A stretch of 63,692 nucleotides of DNA, the filler included, from Conidiobolus incongruus B7586 (Eukaryota), in assembly GCA_000697335.1 (NCBI GenBank). It is 14 parts of 14 records of this genome, joined end to end, with 100 filler letters (N's around TTAATTAATTAA, not from the genome) between each part and the next. Parts side by side here need not be neighbours in the genome. Positions count along the whole stretch, not along the records: positions 37,578 to 40,100 come from JNEM01007363.1; positions 40,201 to 50,778 come from JNEM01007364.1; positions 50,879 to 60,709 come from JNEM01007365.1; 11 more parts are not named here. One strand, 5' to 3'. The position numbers and the translations under genes were made by a program. Below, piece after piece: positions 39,688 through 53,949 of the stretch. Below the pieces are notes generated by a model. That model did not search any database and was not told where the DNA came from. It saw nothing but the letters and a program-made list of their open reading frames with translations. Every line of letters begins with the position of its first letter. The stretch's first letter is position 1.

Positions 39688-40716
39688 TATATTATCTTTT
39701 AATTAATATATCAAAACTTAAAATATATTTAAGTTAAGTCAAAAAACTCTAAGTTTTGATTATAAAAAGAAAATTAAAACTGAATATATTTATCTTTAAC
39801 TTTTCTAACTTTTTAAAATTTATAAGGTCTAAATTAAATTAAACTTTTATATTATGAAAAATTAATTTTATTATAAATTTTTAAATATATTCTTATAATT
39901 TAAAATTTTTTTAATAAAAAACTTTTAATTATTTTTTAATCTTAGAATATTTACTTAAGGTAAAGTTCAGGGATTAATGAAATTAATTTATAATTATTAT
40001 TTTAATATTTTTTAAACTTTTTGGTATTAAAAATAATAATATCACAAAAGGTAATTATATATTGAAATATAATATATAATCAATTTAACTTATATTATTC
40101 NNNNNNNNNNNNNNNNNNNNNNNNNNNNNNNNNNNNNNNNNNNNTTAATTAATTAANNNNNNNNNNNNNNNNNNNNNNNNNNNNNNNNNNNNNNNNNNNN
40201 AATATTTTGACTAATTATTTTATTTTTAATAAATTTTTATATTAATTAAAATTAATTTATTATATATATTATATATAGACTTAATTTAGAATTAATCATT
40301 TGATTATTTATATTATTTTAAATAAAATAAATAATAATATTAGTATTTTTTTCAAATTTCAAATTAAATTTAATTAGATTATTGAAAGATTATCTTATGA
40401 TAGGAAATATTTATATCTAGTACTCAAAAAACTCTAATTATCATATTGATATAAAAATTCATATTAAAAATTCCTTATTTTATAAATTAGTTAAAGATTA
40501 TTATTTTCTACTTATAAGGTATATATATTCATAAATATTCATAATTAAAATTAATATAAAATTATTATAAACAAACTAATAAAGATATTTTTTTATCTTT
40601 ATTTTCAAAAGTATCTAATCTCTAAGTTTTTCTTGTAATACTCACAAAAGTATTAAGTTGTGATAAATATGAGATATTTACTTTATTTAAAAAACATCAT
40701 TTATAGTCAGCTACTT

Positions 40717-41370
40717 TTATGTAATTTGATGAACCCCCTTAATTTCTGTAACGAGATTAGCTAGGGGTATCAATGCCAGCTCTAATATTTCGCCATGATG
40801 GTCGGAGATATAAGTGACTATGTGATCTACAACTCTAGGGGCCATGAGGACCAGTTGGGTCGCAATGGCCATCCGATTGGGTTCATCATATGGGATTAAC
40901 TGTAAATTGGGGAGATTAGAACGAATGAGAGACATATTATAAAATTATGTAATAGTGAGTAAAGCTAAATAAGAAAAGAAATTGTAGCAGAATAGATTTT
41001 ATTATTCAGATAAGTGAGTAGTATGGTATAACTAGTGATAAATTGGTGGGTGATTTAAGTAACACCAAGGCAGAGGGGTTACGTTTGGAAGTGTTAGATA
41101 TGGGAGAGGATAGTTGGTATTAGAGTTGTGAATTTTGAATATGAACCAAAATCAAGCTTCCATGATAGAAGCTACTGGTATATTTAAAGGTATTTTAAGA
41201 GTTTGCAGGGATGTGGCTGTGCAATGTGTGTCCTTGTGATGATTCACGGGACTGGTTCCTTAATCTTGTTTATCCGAAGGAACAGGATGCGACAATTTCC
41301 TTTAATTCTGTGGTAACCTATTATTTACCATTGGCGATTCCTTGTTTAAGCTTTAAAAGTTTATTTCCTC
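40717..41370 (-). other. GC/CpG-richer island with a 72-aa ORF (40935-40717); unidentified, possibly a truncated retroelement 5' end
   Basis: ATG-initiated ORF with coding-like composition ending abruptly in AT-rich DNA; upstream pyrimidine-rich leader on the minus strand. Confidence 0.3.
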
Positions 41371-44039
41371 TAATATTTACAAATGTCACTAATATATATT
41401 AAAATATTAACTTTTATATGACTTATAAATTATAAAAATTATTTTAAACTCAGAAGATATATTAAAGTGAATATTTTTTATTTATTAATTATTTTTGTTT
41501 TATTACACGAATAACCTATTCTTATCTATCAAAATCAACACAATATTTTAATATACAACTATTATAAATTAGATAATAAATATTGTATAATTATTTAATT
41601 ATCTTTATTTGAAAAGTATATCATTATCAAGTTTATTTATAATATTCATAATTACACTTAAGTTATTAAAGGGGTGAGATATTTATTTTATTCTAAGAAC
41701 ATATTTTATATTAATTAGTTATCATCTTATTAGTATAACCTATTAGTTTCCTATAATTTTATAGTATACAAATATATACTACTAGTGCTTCAATGTTAAA
41801 GCTTTAACACTATATTCTCACATAATTTACAATTGACATTTATTCCCCAATTTAAAATAATGGAACTTGATAATTTATACAAACTGTTAATTAATTATTA
41901 CAAATAATCTAATCCATTATAATTTAATCTCTAAAAATTTTTATAAAATTTGAAAAATCAACAGTAATGAATATTAATTTTAAATTAGGTCATTTTCTTT
42001 CAAATTTGAGTTGAAAAGTGATCAAACTTGAAAAAATTTGATTTTATAGATTTATCCAAAATATATACAAATTGGTAAATTGTGGTGAATAAATTAGGTT
42101 GAATTTCATTTGCATAAAAGCTCTCAGTATATTATTGATATATTATGTTAATTTATTGAATAAAGTTAAAATGTAAATTTACATTTTTATATGGCTGAAC
42201 TGTTATTAATTTTTTTGATGTTAATAAAATTCATTTTTATCATTTGAATAATTGAGTCAGAATGATGAAATAGGTAAAAATCAATTATTTAAGCAATTTT
42301 CACTAGTTTAATTAATAATGATCTTTAATATCAAATTTCATTATTCAATTTATAATAAGCTAAATATTTTTAAAGCTTCATTTTCACAATATAATTAGCA
42401 ATTCAAAAATCAAATAACAAATCTAACGATTTTTACTTATTATATAACTAGGATTGATAATGAGATTTTATTGCATCATGAAGTGTAACTCAATCAATTA
42501 TTAGAAATAAACAATTTGATTGAAAGTAATATTCTGAGTATTTTATTAAATGTGATAATTTTGCCGTTTTTAAAATATGAAATCAACTGATATCGCATAA
42601 GAGTATCTTAAATTGCTTGAAAATATGTAATCTATATATTTAGTCTTGAGGAAATATTATTAAATATTAATATGTATAGATATTTATAAATAAGTATTTT
42701 CAAAAAATTAAAACTAAATTCATTTTCCAAAATAAATGCAGATTTAATAGATTAAATTATTTTATTTAAATTTTAGTATTTTTAATATTTGTGTTAAAAA
42801 ATTATAAGCTCTATATGGATAAAAATTTAACCTTGTATGATTGTACCTTAATGAATGAAATAAATTTGACACTAATATAAAGCTTATATCAAAACTTATA
42901 ACTTTTAATCTCGTATTATATATTAATATATACGAATTAAAAAATTTTAATTAGAAACTTAAATTATAGTACAATTTTATATAATGCCTTTATATTATAT
43001 TTACAAATAAAAAATATAAACAATTAAAATGATTTATATTGAAAAATCTTTGATTATATAAAGACAGATAGAAAGGATATTGAATATAAATATTTTTAAA
43101 ATATGGAATCCACTGAATTTATCTATAAAAGAGCAATATATTGAATGAAAAGTCCATCATGATAATCTAAATTTATAGAGATAATTTTATATTTTGTAAC
43201 AAATTACTTGATTTATATTGAAAATGTTAATTATATATTTAATAATACAAAGTATTTAATATAATATAATGATTAAATTTAACTGTAACATTTGAAGAAA
43301 AAATAAAAATAAAATCTTTGATAATATAAAAGATGAATTTCAATATTGCAATATAATAATTGAATAATTATATTAAAGTATTCAATAAATAGTGAGTGTA
43401 TATAGATTATATTTTGCAATTTAATATTGAAAAAACAGTTTAAATTAGAAATATATTTGTGAATTTAGTATTCAAATAACTTCGATTTATTGAAAATAAT
43501 CAGTACAAATATTAATACCATTGTAATTGTATTAGTTAAATGACTATGAATTAAGTATAAAGGGGTGGCATTAAAATTTGTTACATATATAATTCATTTA
43601 TCTATTATCCAGCATCCTGAAATGATGAGAAGTAAATAGATATCTAGAATATCAAAATAATTCTAAATTATGAATAATTCAATTATCCCGAAATTTTGTA
43701 ATGTTGATTGAAATTTAGTGATAAACAGTTGTATATAGAATATCTTGATTTTAATAGATTATTTCAAATATATTAACAAATTTCATCATTTTCTGGTTAA
43801 AATCATATTTTTTTTAAATTTGTTTAAATCATGTGATTTGATAGATTGTCATCATGAACAAATAGTGATTAGATGGATCAGAACCAGAACAATGATTTTT
43901 AATTATTTGTGCAATAGATTTAAATAATATTAACAGATCTAAAATTAATCTGATCCTCAAAACAATAAGGCCATTAATAAAACAAAAATTCAAATATGAA
44001 TTTCATTCAAAACAAAATATTAGCTGATTTTTTATACAG

Positions 44040-45500
44040 TTAGAGGGTAAATCGGAAATCTTTGACATCTAGGCCATCTGATCTCTCATTAACTTTAAAT
44101 TCTGGAGCAGTGTACATAGCATCTAATTTGGCATTTTCCCTACTCAAACCAAATCTTAATATTAAAGCAATGATTAATGACATAATCATAAAGGCCATAT
44201 TTGTAAGATGACTGGGAGTAAAAGCAGGAGCCTCAGTTTTACGATACATTTGACCGGCGACTATTCCTCCAATGTTACCAAAAGAAACTACCATTGCAGA
44301 TGCTGTACCAGCCTTAGTACTTCCGAGCATGTTGTTATTGAGCCATGAGAGATGGATTGGAAGAGAAGTGGCAATACCCATAACAGCGAAAAATGCACCC
44401 AAATACTTGATATTATTAGAGTTTACAACTGCCATAATCAAAAATCCAATAGCACCAACTGTAATAGGAAGACAGAAATGGAAGCATCTTTCCATTTTCT
44501 TATCGGAGTGGTAAGCTAATGCAATAGTCGTGACTACTCCGACAGCATAGGGAGGAGCTGTCAGCAGTAAAGAGGTTAACTTCCCAAATCCCATACCATT
44601 AATAACCGTAGGAAGAAGCTGGGCCATAGCATATAGAGGGCAAACGAATCCAAAGTAACTTAGCATATAAAGGTATACTTTGTAGTCAGTGAAAGCTTCA
44701 ATTAATTGCTCTTTGCGAAACACTTTGGTTCCAGAATCAGTATGATCTTTTAGAAGCCTCTGAGCCAAAAAGTCTCTTTCAGGTTGAGAGAGCCATTTAA
44801 CGTGATTGGGAGTGCTGGGTAAAAGCCACCAAGTTGCAATACCCAATAAAACTGAAGGCAATCCTTCAATAATAAAAATCCATTGCCATCCAGATAACCC
44901 ACCATGCCCATCAATATAACTGATACCATAGGCTAAAAGCCCACTGAAAGCACCAGCTAAACTAGCAGCTGAATAAAATAAAGCAATTCTCAATCCTTGT
45001 TCCTTACGAGTGTACCAAAAAGAGAGGAAATAAATAAGGCCTGGGAATAATCCAGCCTCGGCGACACCTAAGAAAAATCTTCCAGCCATTAATCCTTCAA
45101 AATTAGTTACAGCTGCTAATGCCATAGTGATGATTCCCCAGGTAACCATGATACGAGCTATCCACCTTGGAGGGGTTACCTTTTTCAAAAGGAGATTAGA
45201 AGGGACTTCAAAAAGGACATAGCCAACAAAGAAAATAGAAAGCGTCCATGAGTATTGATCCTGAGTAAGTTTTAGTTCATCTTCCATTCGATACACTCTG
45301 GCAAAGCCAATATTTACACGATCCAAGAAAGAAAATAAATACAAAAGAGTCAGATAAGGGATTAGTCTTAAATCAACTTTGCGAATTAGTTTTTTGGCTC
45401 TTGTTTCGTCGAATTCTTCCCCAGTAGATTCATGACCTTTTAATTCAATATCATCTTTGGATTTTGAAATCGATTGTACGGTATTTTCAGTATCTTCCAT
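44040..45500 (-). CDS. MFS transporter, anion:cation symporter (Dal5/Tna1-like) family, 486 aa
   Basis: KVDLRLIP, FLDRVNIG, FEVPSNLLLKK, RFFLGVAEAGLFPG, WYTRKEQGLR, WQWIFIIEG; about 12 hydrophobic segments. Confidence 0.95.
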   Translation of the reverse strand: MEDTENTVQSISKSKDDIELKGHESTGEEFDETRAKKLIRKVDLRLIPYLTLLYLFSFLDRVNIGFARVYRMEDELKLTQDQYSWTLSIFFVGYVLFEVPSNLLLKKVTPPRWIARIMVTWGIITMALAAVTNFEGLMAGRFFLGVAEAGLFPGLIYFLSFWYTRKEQGLRIALFYSAASLAGAFSGLLAYGISYIDGHGGLSGWQWIFIIEGLPSVLLGIATWWLLPSTPNHVKWLSQPERDFLAQRLLKDHTDSGTKVFRKEQLIEAFTDYKVYLYMLSYFGFVCPLYAMAQLLPTVINGMGFGKLTSLLLTAPPYAVGVVTTIALAYHSDKKMERCFHFCLPITVGAIGFLIMAVVNSNNIKYLGAFFAVMGIATSLPIHLSWLNNNMLGSTKAGTASAMVVSFGNIGGIVAGQMYRKTEAPAFTPSHLTNMAFMIMSLIIALILRFGLSRENAKLDAMYTAPEFKVNERSDGLDVKDFRFTL

Positions 45501-47776
45501 TTTGATTTAAGATAGAGTATATTTCAATAAATAATCTTTTAGTTTTTATATTATCAATACTTAATTATACTCTAATTATATTCCACTATTATTAATCCAA
45601 ATTAAATCAAATGATGCCTATTTATATTTCAAGTATGTATCTTATGCATAACTATCTAAATGCAAATTTTAATTAATTTAAACTAATTAGGAAAAGGAAT
45701 AATATTTTATCATCAATAAAATTGGAGCTAAATATAAATTTATTTCAATTATATTATATTTTTTTTATTCAATAACCAATTACATTGAATTTCGTCAACT
45801 TTGAATAAATTAATATTCCTAATATTAAAAATAAAATAACATTACTCAATATTATATTGAACTACAAATTGGTTAATTAATAAAACGGATGATTTAAAAG
45901 ATAAATTATCCAATATTATTTCGAATTAATTAAAAAAAACTATTCTTTTAGCCTGTTCAAAATTACAAATTACTATATTTTCGGTCAAGGGTTTGATTTA
46001 ATTGAGTATTGATAATAAATTTATATTAAAAATGGAATTAAAATTTGTTATATTAATGTCAAATGATATTATCATTTCAAATTGGGATTTATTAGTCATA
46101 TGATTACTTTTATTTGTCATGACTGATTAAGTATTTGCCTATTTTTGTAATAATATTAATATCACATGAGTTTTGTAATTAGTAACTTTTTTCGCTATAA
46201 TTCATTTAAAGTGACTTAATAACAAACTAAAAAAATAAGTTATGTATAAATATTGCCTTTAGCATTGTTATTTCGAAGAATAGTTTAATCTTATTATCAC
46301 ATCACCAATCATGTTGGCTTTAATAGGATAGGATTGCTTCATAATATCGCCGGAGGACATTATTTTTGATCGTCTTTCAATCCATGTTTGCGCACCAGTC
46401 CCTTTATAAACTATGTAATCACCTAATCATCTAGTTAGAATAAGCATGATCTTACCAAATTGGTTACATCAGATCATATATATAATACCATATAATATTA
46501 AATCATTTTTGAATATACATAAATAACATAATTCTACAGATACTTTAATCATTTCAATTCTTTTTATAAAATGTGATTTATGTCATATAGATTGTAATTG
46601 AAATAAGTATAATATTTTAAAGCTTGTTTAGATAGTTAAAGACATTATATAGTGGTTGGTCATAAAAAACTATTTGAAAATAATCCTATAAATATACTTA
46701 TAATATTTGGATATATATAATGTCAAATTATTTGGATATTAATTAATTCATATTAGTTTTAATATAAAAATGAATTCTTTATTGTCATCATAAGTTGGAA
46801 ATAAACTATATAATATGCATAAAATATATTTTTTAAATTAGACCACTTTTATTAATACACTTCTAGTCTATCATGCGAAATTAGAATCAACTCAGTGGTC
46901 ATATCAATAATTATTAATCGAAACTAATATTTATATTTGTAATATTATGTAATTATTCAATATTAATTATTATTTCAAACAACTATCTAATTACATTTTG
47001 TATAATTTAATATATTTTACAAATATTATATATTTATAATTAAAATTATCATAATTTTATGTAATTTAATCATTAATATCAAAAATCAAAAAATAATAAT
47101 TATGTTATTAATCAAATAATAATGCTTGATACACTTATATAATGAATACTCTAAAAATTCTTCCAATATTATTGAAATTATTTCAATCTGTTCACATGAT
47201 TTCTAAATTAAAACATGAAAAATATATAACAATATAAGATGATATCTTTGATTTATCAAATATGGATAAATATGACAAAAAAAAATAAATTTGTATTCAA
47301 AAAGTAAATAATATTTTAGATTTTGAATATCTCTTATCTTAATAATATACATACTCAAAAACTGCAATTTATAATAAAATATATTCTTTTGTAATTTCAG
47401 TACAAATATTCAAATTATTAGATATAAAAGAGGAATGCTTAAAGTGAAAATAGTAAACAAAATTAATTAATAATTGAAAAAAATTTACTCAATTTCCATT
47501 GTTAATATAAATTTTTACTGTGATTCACAATTTGAGCAATACTCAATGCATTATTTTTCAATATATGGCTGGGGCAGTTACAGAATACTACTAAAAATAT
47601 ATTGAGATATTATAAAACAAACTTTAGTTCTTTAATTTAGGTATAAATGGGAATCTACTATATTTAAAGCTACTATAATATATTAATTAAATTTTATTTG
47701 TATATTTGTTTTTCAATTTCACAGTATATTTAGTCTTCAAAATTTATACTTGAAATAATTTATTCATCTATCAAGA

Positions 47777-48031
47777 TGTTGGGGTTTAAACTTGCCCCAT
47801 TGGGAGGAACCCTGTAAAAGGATAAGAAATATTAGGCAAAAGAGCCAAAAAGGTAAGTAAAAGATAAAGAAAGAGTAAAGTTAAAGTTAATAGAAGTAGA
47901 GGAGGAGGTTTATTTAGGAAAGTCAGATGGTTTAAATATTACAAACTCACTAAACTGTGGCTTATAAAGTGGATTTTCTAGAATATCACCAGTTCTTGGG
48001 ACAAGGGGCTAAATTATCCCTTTCAAAGACA
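47777..48031. mobile_element. Possible solo LTR between the two MFS genes
   Basis: TGTT...GACA bounded, GC-richer, purine-skewed 255-bp island; no matching TSD and no second copy in the window. Confidence 0.35.
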
Positions 48032-48187
48032 ATATATAAAACAAAATTAACGACATTCATATTATATCATTTCATATTAGTTAATTTTGATATAAATTAT
48101 ATCAAAAATTTAAATATCAACATAAAATAAAAAATAATAATTATAAGGTTAAAGATAGAAATATCATTATATAATGATATTGTATTT

Positions 48188-49636
48188 TTATAATGTATAT
48201 CTAAAATTTTTTACATTTAATCCATCAGACCTTTCCCATTTATAATTTTCATTTCTCATAAAGGATTCCATATTAGTATTCTCACGTTTCAGAAAATATC
48301 TGAGTATAAATGCTAAAATAAGTGACATAGTGATGAATAATGTGTTAGTAATAAGACTAGGTATATAGTTCGGAGCTTCATAAGAGCGAAATAATTGACC
48401 TGCAATAATTCCACTAGAATTTCCAAATGAGACGACGATTGCTGATGCCACTCCGGATTTCGTGGTTCCCAACATGTTGTTATTCATCCAAGAAAGGTTA
48501 ATAGGAATACATGCACATACACCTGATATGCAAAAGAAGGATCCAAAATATTTTGCATTTTTGTTGGTTGCAAAAATCATTATTAGAAATCCAATGATGC
48601 CCACAGTAATTGCCAAACATAAGTGAAAGCATCGTTCCATCTTTTTATCAGAGTGATATGATAAAGAAATCACTGCAATACATGCTATAGCATAAGGTGG
48701 TGCCGATAAAAGTAAAGAGGTAAGTTTGGAAAATCCCATATCGTTAATAATAGTTGGGAGAAGCTGAGCCATAGAATATAATGGACATATGATTCCAATA
48801 TAGATAAATGTATATAAATAAACTTTATAATCTGTCACTGCCTCCTTGAGCTGCTCTTGTCTAAATCGAGTACTGGATGAATCTGTATGATCTGTAAACA
48901 TCCTATTAACTAAACAATCTCTTTCTGCTTGTGTAAGCCACTTGACCTTATCGGGAGTACTTGGTAAGATCCACCAAGTAACAATTCCAAAAACCACTGA
49001 GGGTAGACCTTCAATGATGAAAATCCATTTCCAAGCAGATAATCCATGAAATCCATCGATATAACTCATACTATAAGCCAATAATCCACTGAAGGCTCCA
49101 GCTAAACTTGCCGCAGAGAAAAATAGAGCAATTCTTAATCCTTGTTCTTTACGTGTATACCAAAATGATAGATAGTATATAATTCCAGGAAATAATCCTG
49201 CTTCTGCAACACCTAGGAAAAATCTACCTGCTAGCAAGCCTTCAAAGTTTTCCACAGCTGCCAAAGCCATGGTGATTCCACCCCAAGAGACCATTATGCG
49301 AGCAATCCATCTAGGCGGGGATGCCTTTTTCAATAAAAGGTTAGAGGGAACTTCAAACAAAATATATCCAACAAAAAAAATTGATAAACACCACGAATAT
49401 TGCTCTTGAGTAAGGTGCAATTCTTCTTCCATTCTATACACTCTGGCGTATCCTATATTCACACGATCCAAAAAGGAGAATAAATATATAAAGGATAGAT
49501 ATGGTATCAGCCTCCAATCCAACCTACGGATTAATTTTTTCACTTGAGCGTCATCAACATGGTGATTTCCTATATCTTCAGTTTCAATTACAGGCTTTGA
49601 GTTGGTAGACAGAGTATCTTCATTGTTACAGTTCAT
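48188..49636 (-). CDS. MFS transporter, Dal5/Tna1-like, 482 aa; tandem paralog of 44040-45500
   Basis: Same motifs and collinear over the full length, including C-terminal ERSDGL.VK.FR.TL. Confidence 0.95.
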   Translation of the reverse strand: MNCNNEDTLSTNSKPVIETEDIGNHHVDDAQVKKLIRRLDWRLIPYLSFIYLFSFLDRVNIGYARVYRMEEELHLTQEQYSWCLSIFFVGYILFEVPSNLLLKKASPPRWIARIMVSWGGITMALAAVENFEGLLAGRFFLGVAEAGLFPGIIYYLSFWYTRKEQGLRIALFFSAASLAGAFSGLLAYSMSYIDGFHGLSAWKWIFIIEGLPSVVFGIVTWWILPSTPDKVKWLTQAERDCLVNRMFTDHTDSSSTRFRQEQLKEAVTDYKVYLYTFIYIGIICPLYSMAQLLPTIINDMGFSKLTSLLLSAPPYAIACIAVISLSYHSDKKMERCFHLCLAITVGIIGFLIMIFATNKNAKYFGSFFCISGVCACIPINLSWMNNNMLGTTKSGVASAIVVSFGNSSGIIAGQLFRSYEAPNYIPSLITNTLFITMSLILAFILRYFLKRENTNMESFMRNENYKWERSDGLNVKNFRYTL

Positions 49637-50949
49637 TAAAAAGAATTGAATTTTGTTGAAAAAATTAAATATTAAATTCCTTAAAATATTTTCTAATTAT
49701 AAATAATTTTATTATTATTAAATTTGATTACCAGCTTTATATAATTACAAAATTTGTCTAACAAATGAAAATTATCTATAATCTTAATAATTTTGATGGT
49801 TTTGTGTTAATTTAAAAAAAGTGATTTAAATTTGCACATTCAATTAAAGTTTACTATTATTGTAAATCAATTTTTGAATTAAACAATTGAATTTGAAATT
49901 TTCTGAAAAAGTTCAACTAAGATAAAAGCACTGATTTTTTATTTTTCAAATAACTTATATTAATTACAATAAATTAAATTATAGTTTTTAAATTTTTCAT
50001 TTTAAATTAAATAATTGAATAATTTTGATAATAAAAATTTTAAAGAATAGTTTTAAAAATTTAATCTTAAATATATTCATAAAAACAAATTAGAAACATT
50101 GTTTATTTAAAATTAATATACTATTTTAAATGAAGATAGTGCCTAATAATACAAATATTGCCAAGCTATTATTTCTGAATTATATTAATAGTAATTTATA
50201 TTTAGTTTTTCATTATATTATCTATATAGTGTTAGATTTATAATAAATATTAAAATACTAATAATATACTAAATTTTTATATAAAATGATAATATTCAAA
50301 TAGATTATTTATCATTATATATTAATAAGTAAATCTAAAATTATCAGTATTTAATTCATCAGGTTTATCTTAATAATATTTCTATTTATTAAATAACTCA
50401 CTTTTTATTTTTATCAAATAAGTGATTTTTTAATACTAATTATGATAAAATTAAAATTATTATAAATTTTATATTTATGATAAAACTTGATAAATATTGA
50501 TAAGTTTGTAAAATTAAGACACTCAAAGAACTAATATATTTTTATTAATAATTTAATTTCATTAAATATATTGAAAAATATTTATATTAGTCTAAATTTT
50601 ATAAAAAATTTAATGATCTTAAAAAAATATAGCTTAATATTATTTTGAGAAACTAATTTCATTAACTGTTATATATTGAAAAGCATACTTTTAATAATAC
50701 TAATTTTTTGATTTATTTATATATAATTTTATTAATATTTTTTAGTTTTTTTAATTAAATTAATATATTATTATTTTANNNNNNNNNNNNNNNNNNNNNN
50801 NNNNNNNNNNNNNNNNNNNNNNTTAATTAATTAANNNNNNNNNNNNNNNNNNNNNNNNNNNNNNNNNNNNNNNNNNNNATTAATGATTTTATTTAATTTT
50901 GATTTTAAAATTTTATTATTGCTTAATTTCTATGTCAATAATTATTATA

Positions 50950-52519
50950 TACTAACCTATAAAAATGAGTTATAAAATCAAAACCATTTATATTTTTACT
51001 AATAACTTGATTAATATTTAATAAAATAAACTTAAATTAAATAATTAAAATCTATTATATTTATTAATAATATATATTATTATATGATGATATTTAGTTA
51101 TTAATTGATTAAAATATAAATACTTAAATTTTACTTAAGGTGAGTTATAAATTTGTAGGTTTTTGGTGATAAAAAAAATTTAAACCTAGTGTATCTACCT
51201 TTAGCTTTTCTAACTTCTTTAAGTTTGTGGGGTATAGAATCAATTAACTTCTTATACTAAAAAGGGTTAATCTTGTTTTATACTTCTTAAACATATTTTT
51301 AAAGTTGATTTAAATTTTTTGCTAGGGGGAAAACTTTAATAGCTTTTTTAACTAATCCTAAAGGTGTTTAATTAGGTTAATGTTAAAAGATTAAAGAAGC
51401 TATTTTATAACTATTATCTTGTTATTTTTAAGCTATTTGGTAGTAAAAGTTGTAATATAACAAGAAGTATTATCTTACTGGAAAATAACATCAGATTTGT
51501 TTAACCTATATTATTCAATAGTTTTTTTCAATTTATTGTTTAGAATACTTTAATATATCTCAGTATTAATTCTTTTATTAACTTTACAAAGATACCCTAC
51601 ACTTAAAAACAACATACATCCTTAAATAATAATTAATATATTATTGTACTTTTAGTTAAAGTTAACATAATAGTTATAAAGTAATTCTATATCTTTTTTA
51701 AAATATTTAACTTTTTTATTAAATCTACTAAGGTATATTTTTGTTTCATTAAACTAAATAACCTTATTCTAATTAATTTTAGTTTAATATTAGTAGCAAT
51801 ATTTAAACTCTTACTTAGTTTTATAATAGGATTTTTTTAGTTGGGAGTGTTTTTTCTTAAAGTGTAAGTGGTATCTATGTTAACATAAAATATATATAAT
51901 AGTATTAGTGCTAACTAATATTCTTGTATAGTTTTATAATTCCTGTTATATTTTTATAGTAGTATTATACTTATCTATACTAATTAACCTATAGATATAC
52001 TTCTTATTATATTTATTTATAATCTTAACACACTTAAATTTAAGTTTAAATGTGTTTTTATTGTTATTCTTAATAGCTTTAACTATAGTAAACTAGCTAA
52101 CACTAGTAATTTTAATAATATCACAAGTTGATTTACCTTCTTTATAAAGTTAATTAATATACAAATAGATTTTTTTAGAGAGGGATTTAAGTATAATGAT
52201 ACTAATAAAAAAAATTTAGTATATCTATAAAATATTATATAAAATAATAACAAAGAAAGAAAAAAGATATGGTTATATATTGTTAAATATATCCATTTAT
52301 CTCAAAAACCCACAAATTTATAACTCACTTTATTTAATATTAAAGGTTAATATTTTTGCTAATAGTTTACTAAATATATTAAAATATATTTATTTATAAT
52401 TAAATAATATACCTTAATTATATATTATAATTTCAAGTAAATTAATATATACAATTGTTTTAGTTATTAATTAAAATATATATATATTTGATTTTATAAC
52501 TTACTTTTATAGGTTAGTG
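50950..52519 (-). mobile_element. Full-length Tc1-family copy, more heavily mutated than 35674-37246
   Basis: TA|TACTAACCTATAAAAATGAG...TTTTATAGGTTAGTG|TA; collinear with 35674-37246, differences mostly transitions. Confidence 0.92.
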
Positions 52520-52575
52520 TATATATAGCTAAAATTTGTTGAGATTTTATATTGATTTTTTAAAAACTATTATTA

Positions 52576-53894
52576 TTAGTATAGAAATTAAATAATAGTA
52601 TAATTTTAAGATTAAAATTAAACAAATAAATTAATAAATAATATATAAAAATTAATGAATAATATAAAATTAATAGCTTTTTTTATTATTAATAATTACT
52701 TTCTATATTTTTAATAAGTTTTTAATATTTAAAAAATAATCTTTTTTATTAAAGACTGAAATTTAATATTTTATAAACCAATTTAATTTATTTGTAAGAA
52801 TTTTTTTTCCTGCAAGCTATTTTTTTAATTATCTAAAACAATTATAATTATGTAGGTTATAATCAAGTGAATATACTAGATTTAATAACTCCCTCTAATT
52901 TTTTTATATAGAAAATTTTTTATAGCTTTAATTTTATGTATTTTGTAATTATTATGTAAAATAATAGGTATTTTTAATTTATATTAAAAACACCATTTAA
53001 AAATTATTTTATTTAAAAAAATAATATATAACTTATTATTAATTGATTTTCCTTGAGGTATTAAATAAAAAAACTATATACCATTATAATTTATTATAAT
53101 AATTAACACTCACCTATATTTAAAGTATTTATTCATTAGAATTTATAAAAGGGATTGATTTAGCTTAACTTAACATCTTATTTTATTTTTAAGTAAAGGA
53201 CTATATAAAGGAATTTAAAATTCATTAATTATAAGTATTCATTGTAAAAACATTTGTTTCTAATTATACTTTAATAAGTTTAGTTTAGCTATAGCTACTT
53301 TAGTTTTTTTTAAGCTTTTGTTAAATTATAAAGTATCTATTTTACATTTTTATTAATTAATCTAAGTTTAAACTTAATTAAATATAACATGCTTGTATAA
53401 TTAATATTAAATTGCTTTGATAATTCTCTAACAAAAATAAAAAGGTATTTCTTAATATATTTTTTTATTTTATTAGTAAGTAAAAGAATAATAGTAGAAA
53501 TTAGTCTTTTAAATTTTAGTAAATTTTGAATAATATCCCTTCTAGCTTTAAAATCACAAATCTAGCAATATATGGTAGTTTTAGATAAAGCACCATCTCT
53601 ATAAGCTGTTTACAAGTTTTAAATGATTTTAGAGGGTTTATGGTTAAGTTTTAAAGATATAAAAATAAAAGCCTTTTGATAATCACAATTTAGTTTAAGC
53701 ATGATTAAATTTAAATATAAATTTTAAAATCAAAATATTTTAATAAAAAAATAGTTAAAGTTGAATATATATATATATAGTTTGAAAATATTTATTTTCC
53801 TATATATTTTATATATATATAATCTTTCAAAATTTATAAAATGTTTGAAAGATTGGAAATTAAAAAATTTGCCATTTTTTAATTTCCATACTAA
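52576..53894 (-). mobile_element. Full-length mariner, subfamily 2 (different TIR), 1319 bp
   Basis: TA|TTAGTATAGAAATTAAATAAT...ATTTTTTAATTTCCATACTAA|TA; transposase relic starting ATGCTTAAAC at ~53702, homologous to but diverged from 38378-39687. Confidence 0.85.
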
Positions 53895-53949
53895 TAATTT
53901 GATAAATTAAGTGTTAAAGAAATTATGATTTAGTTTACACTATTGAAAG

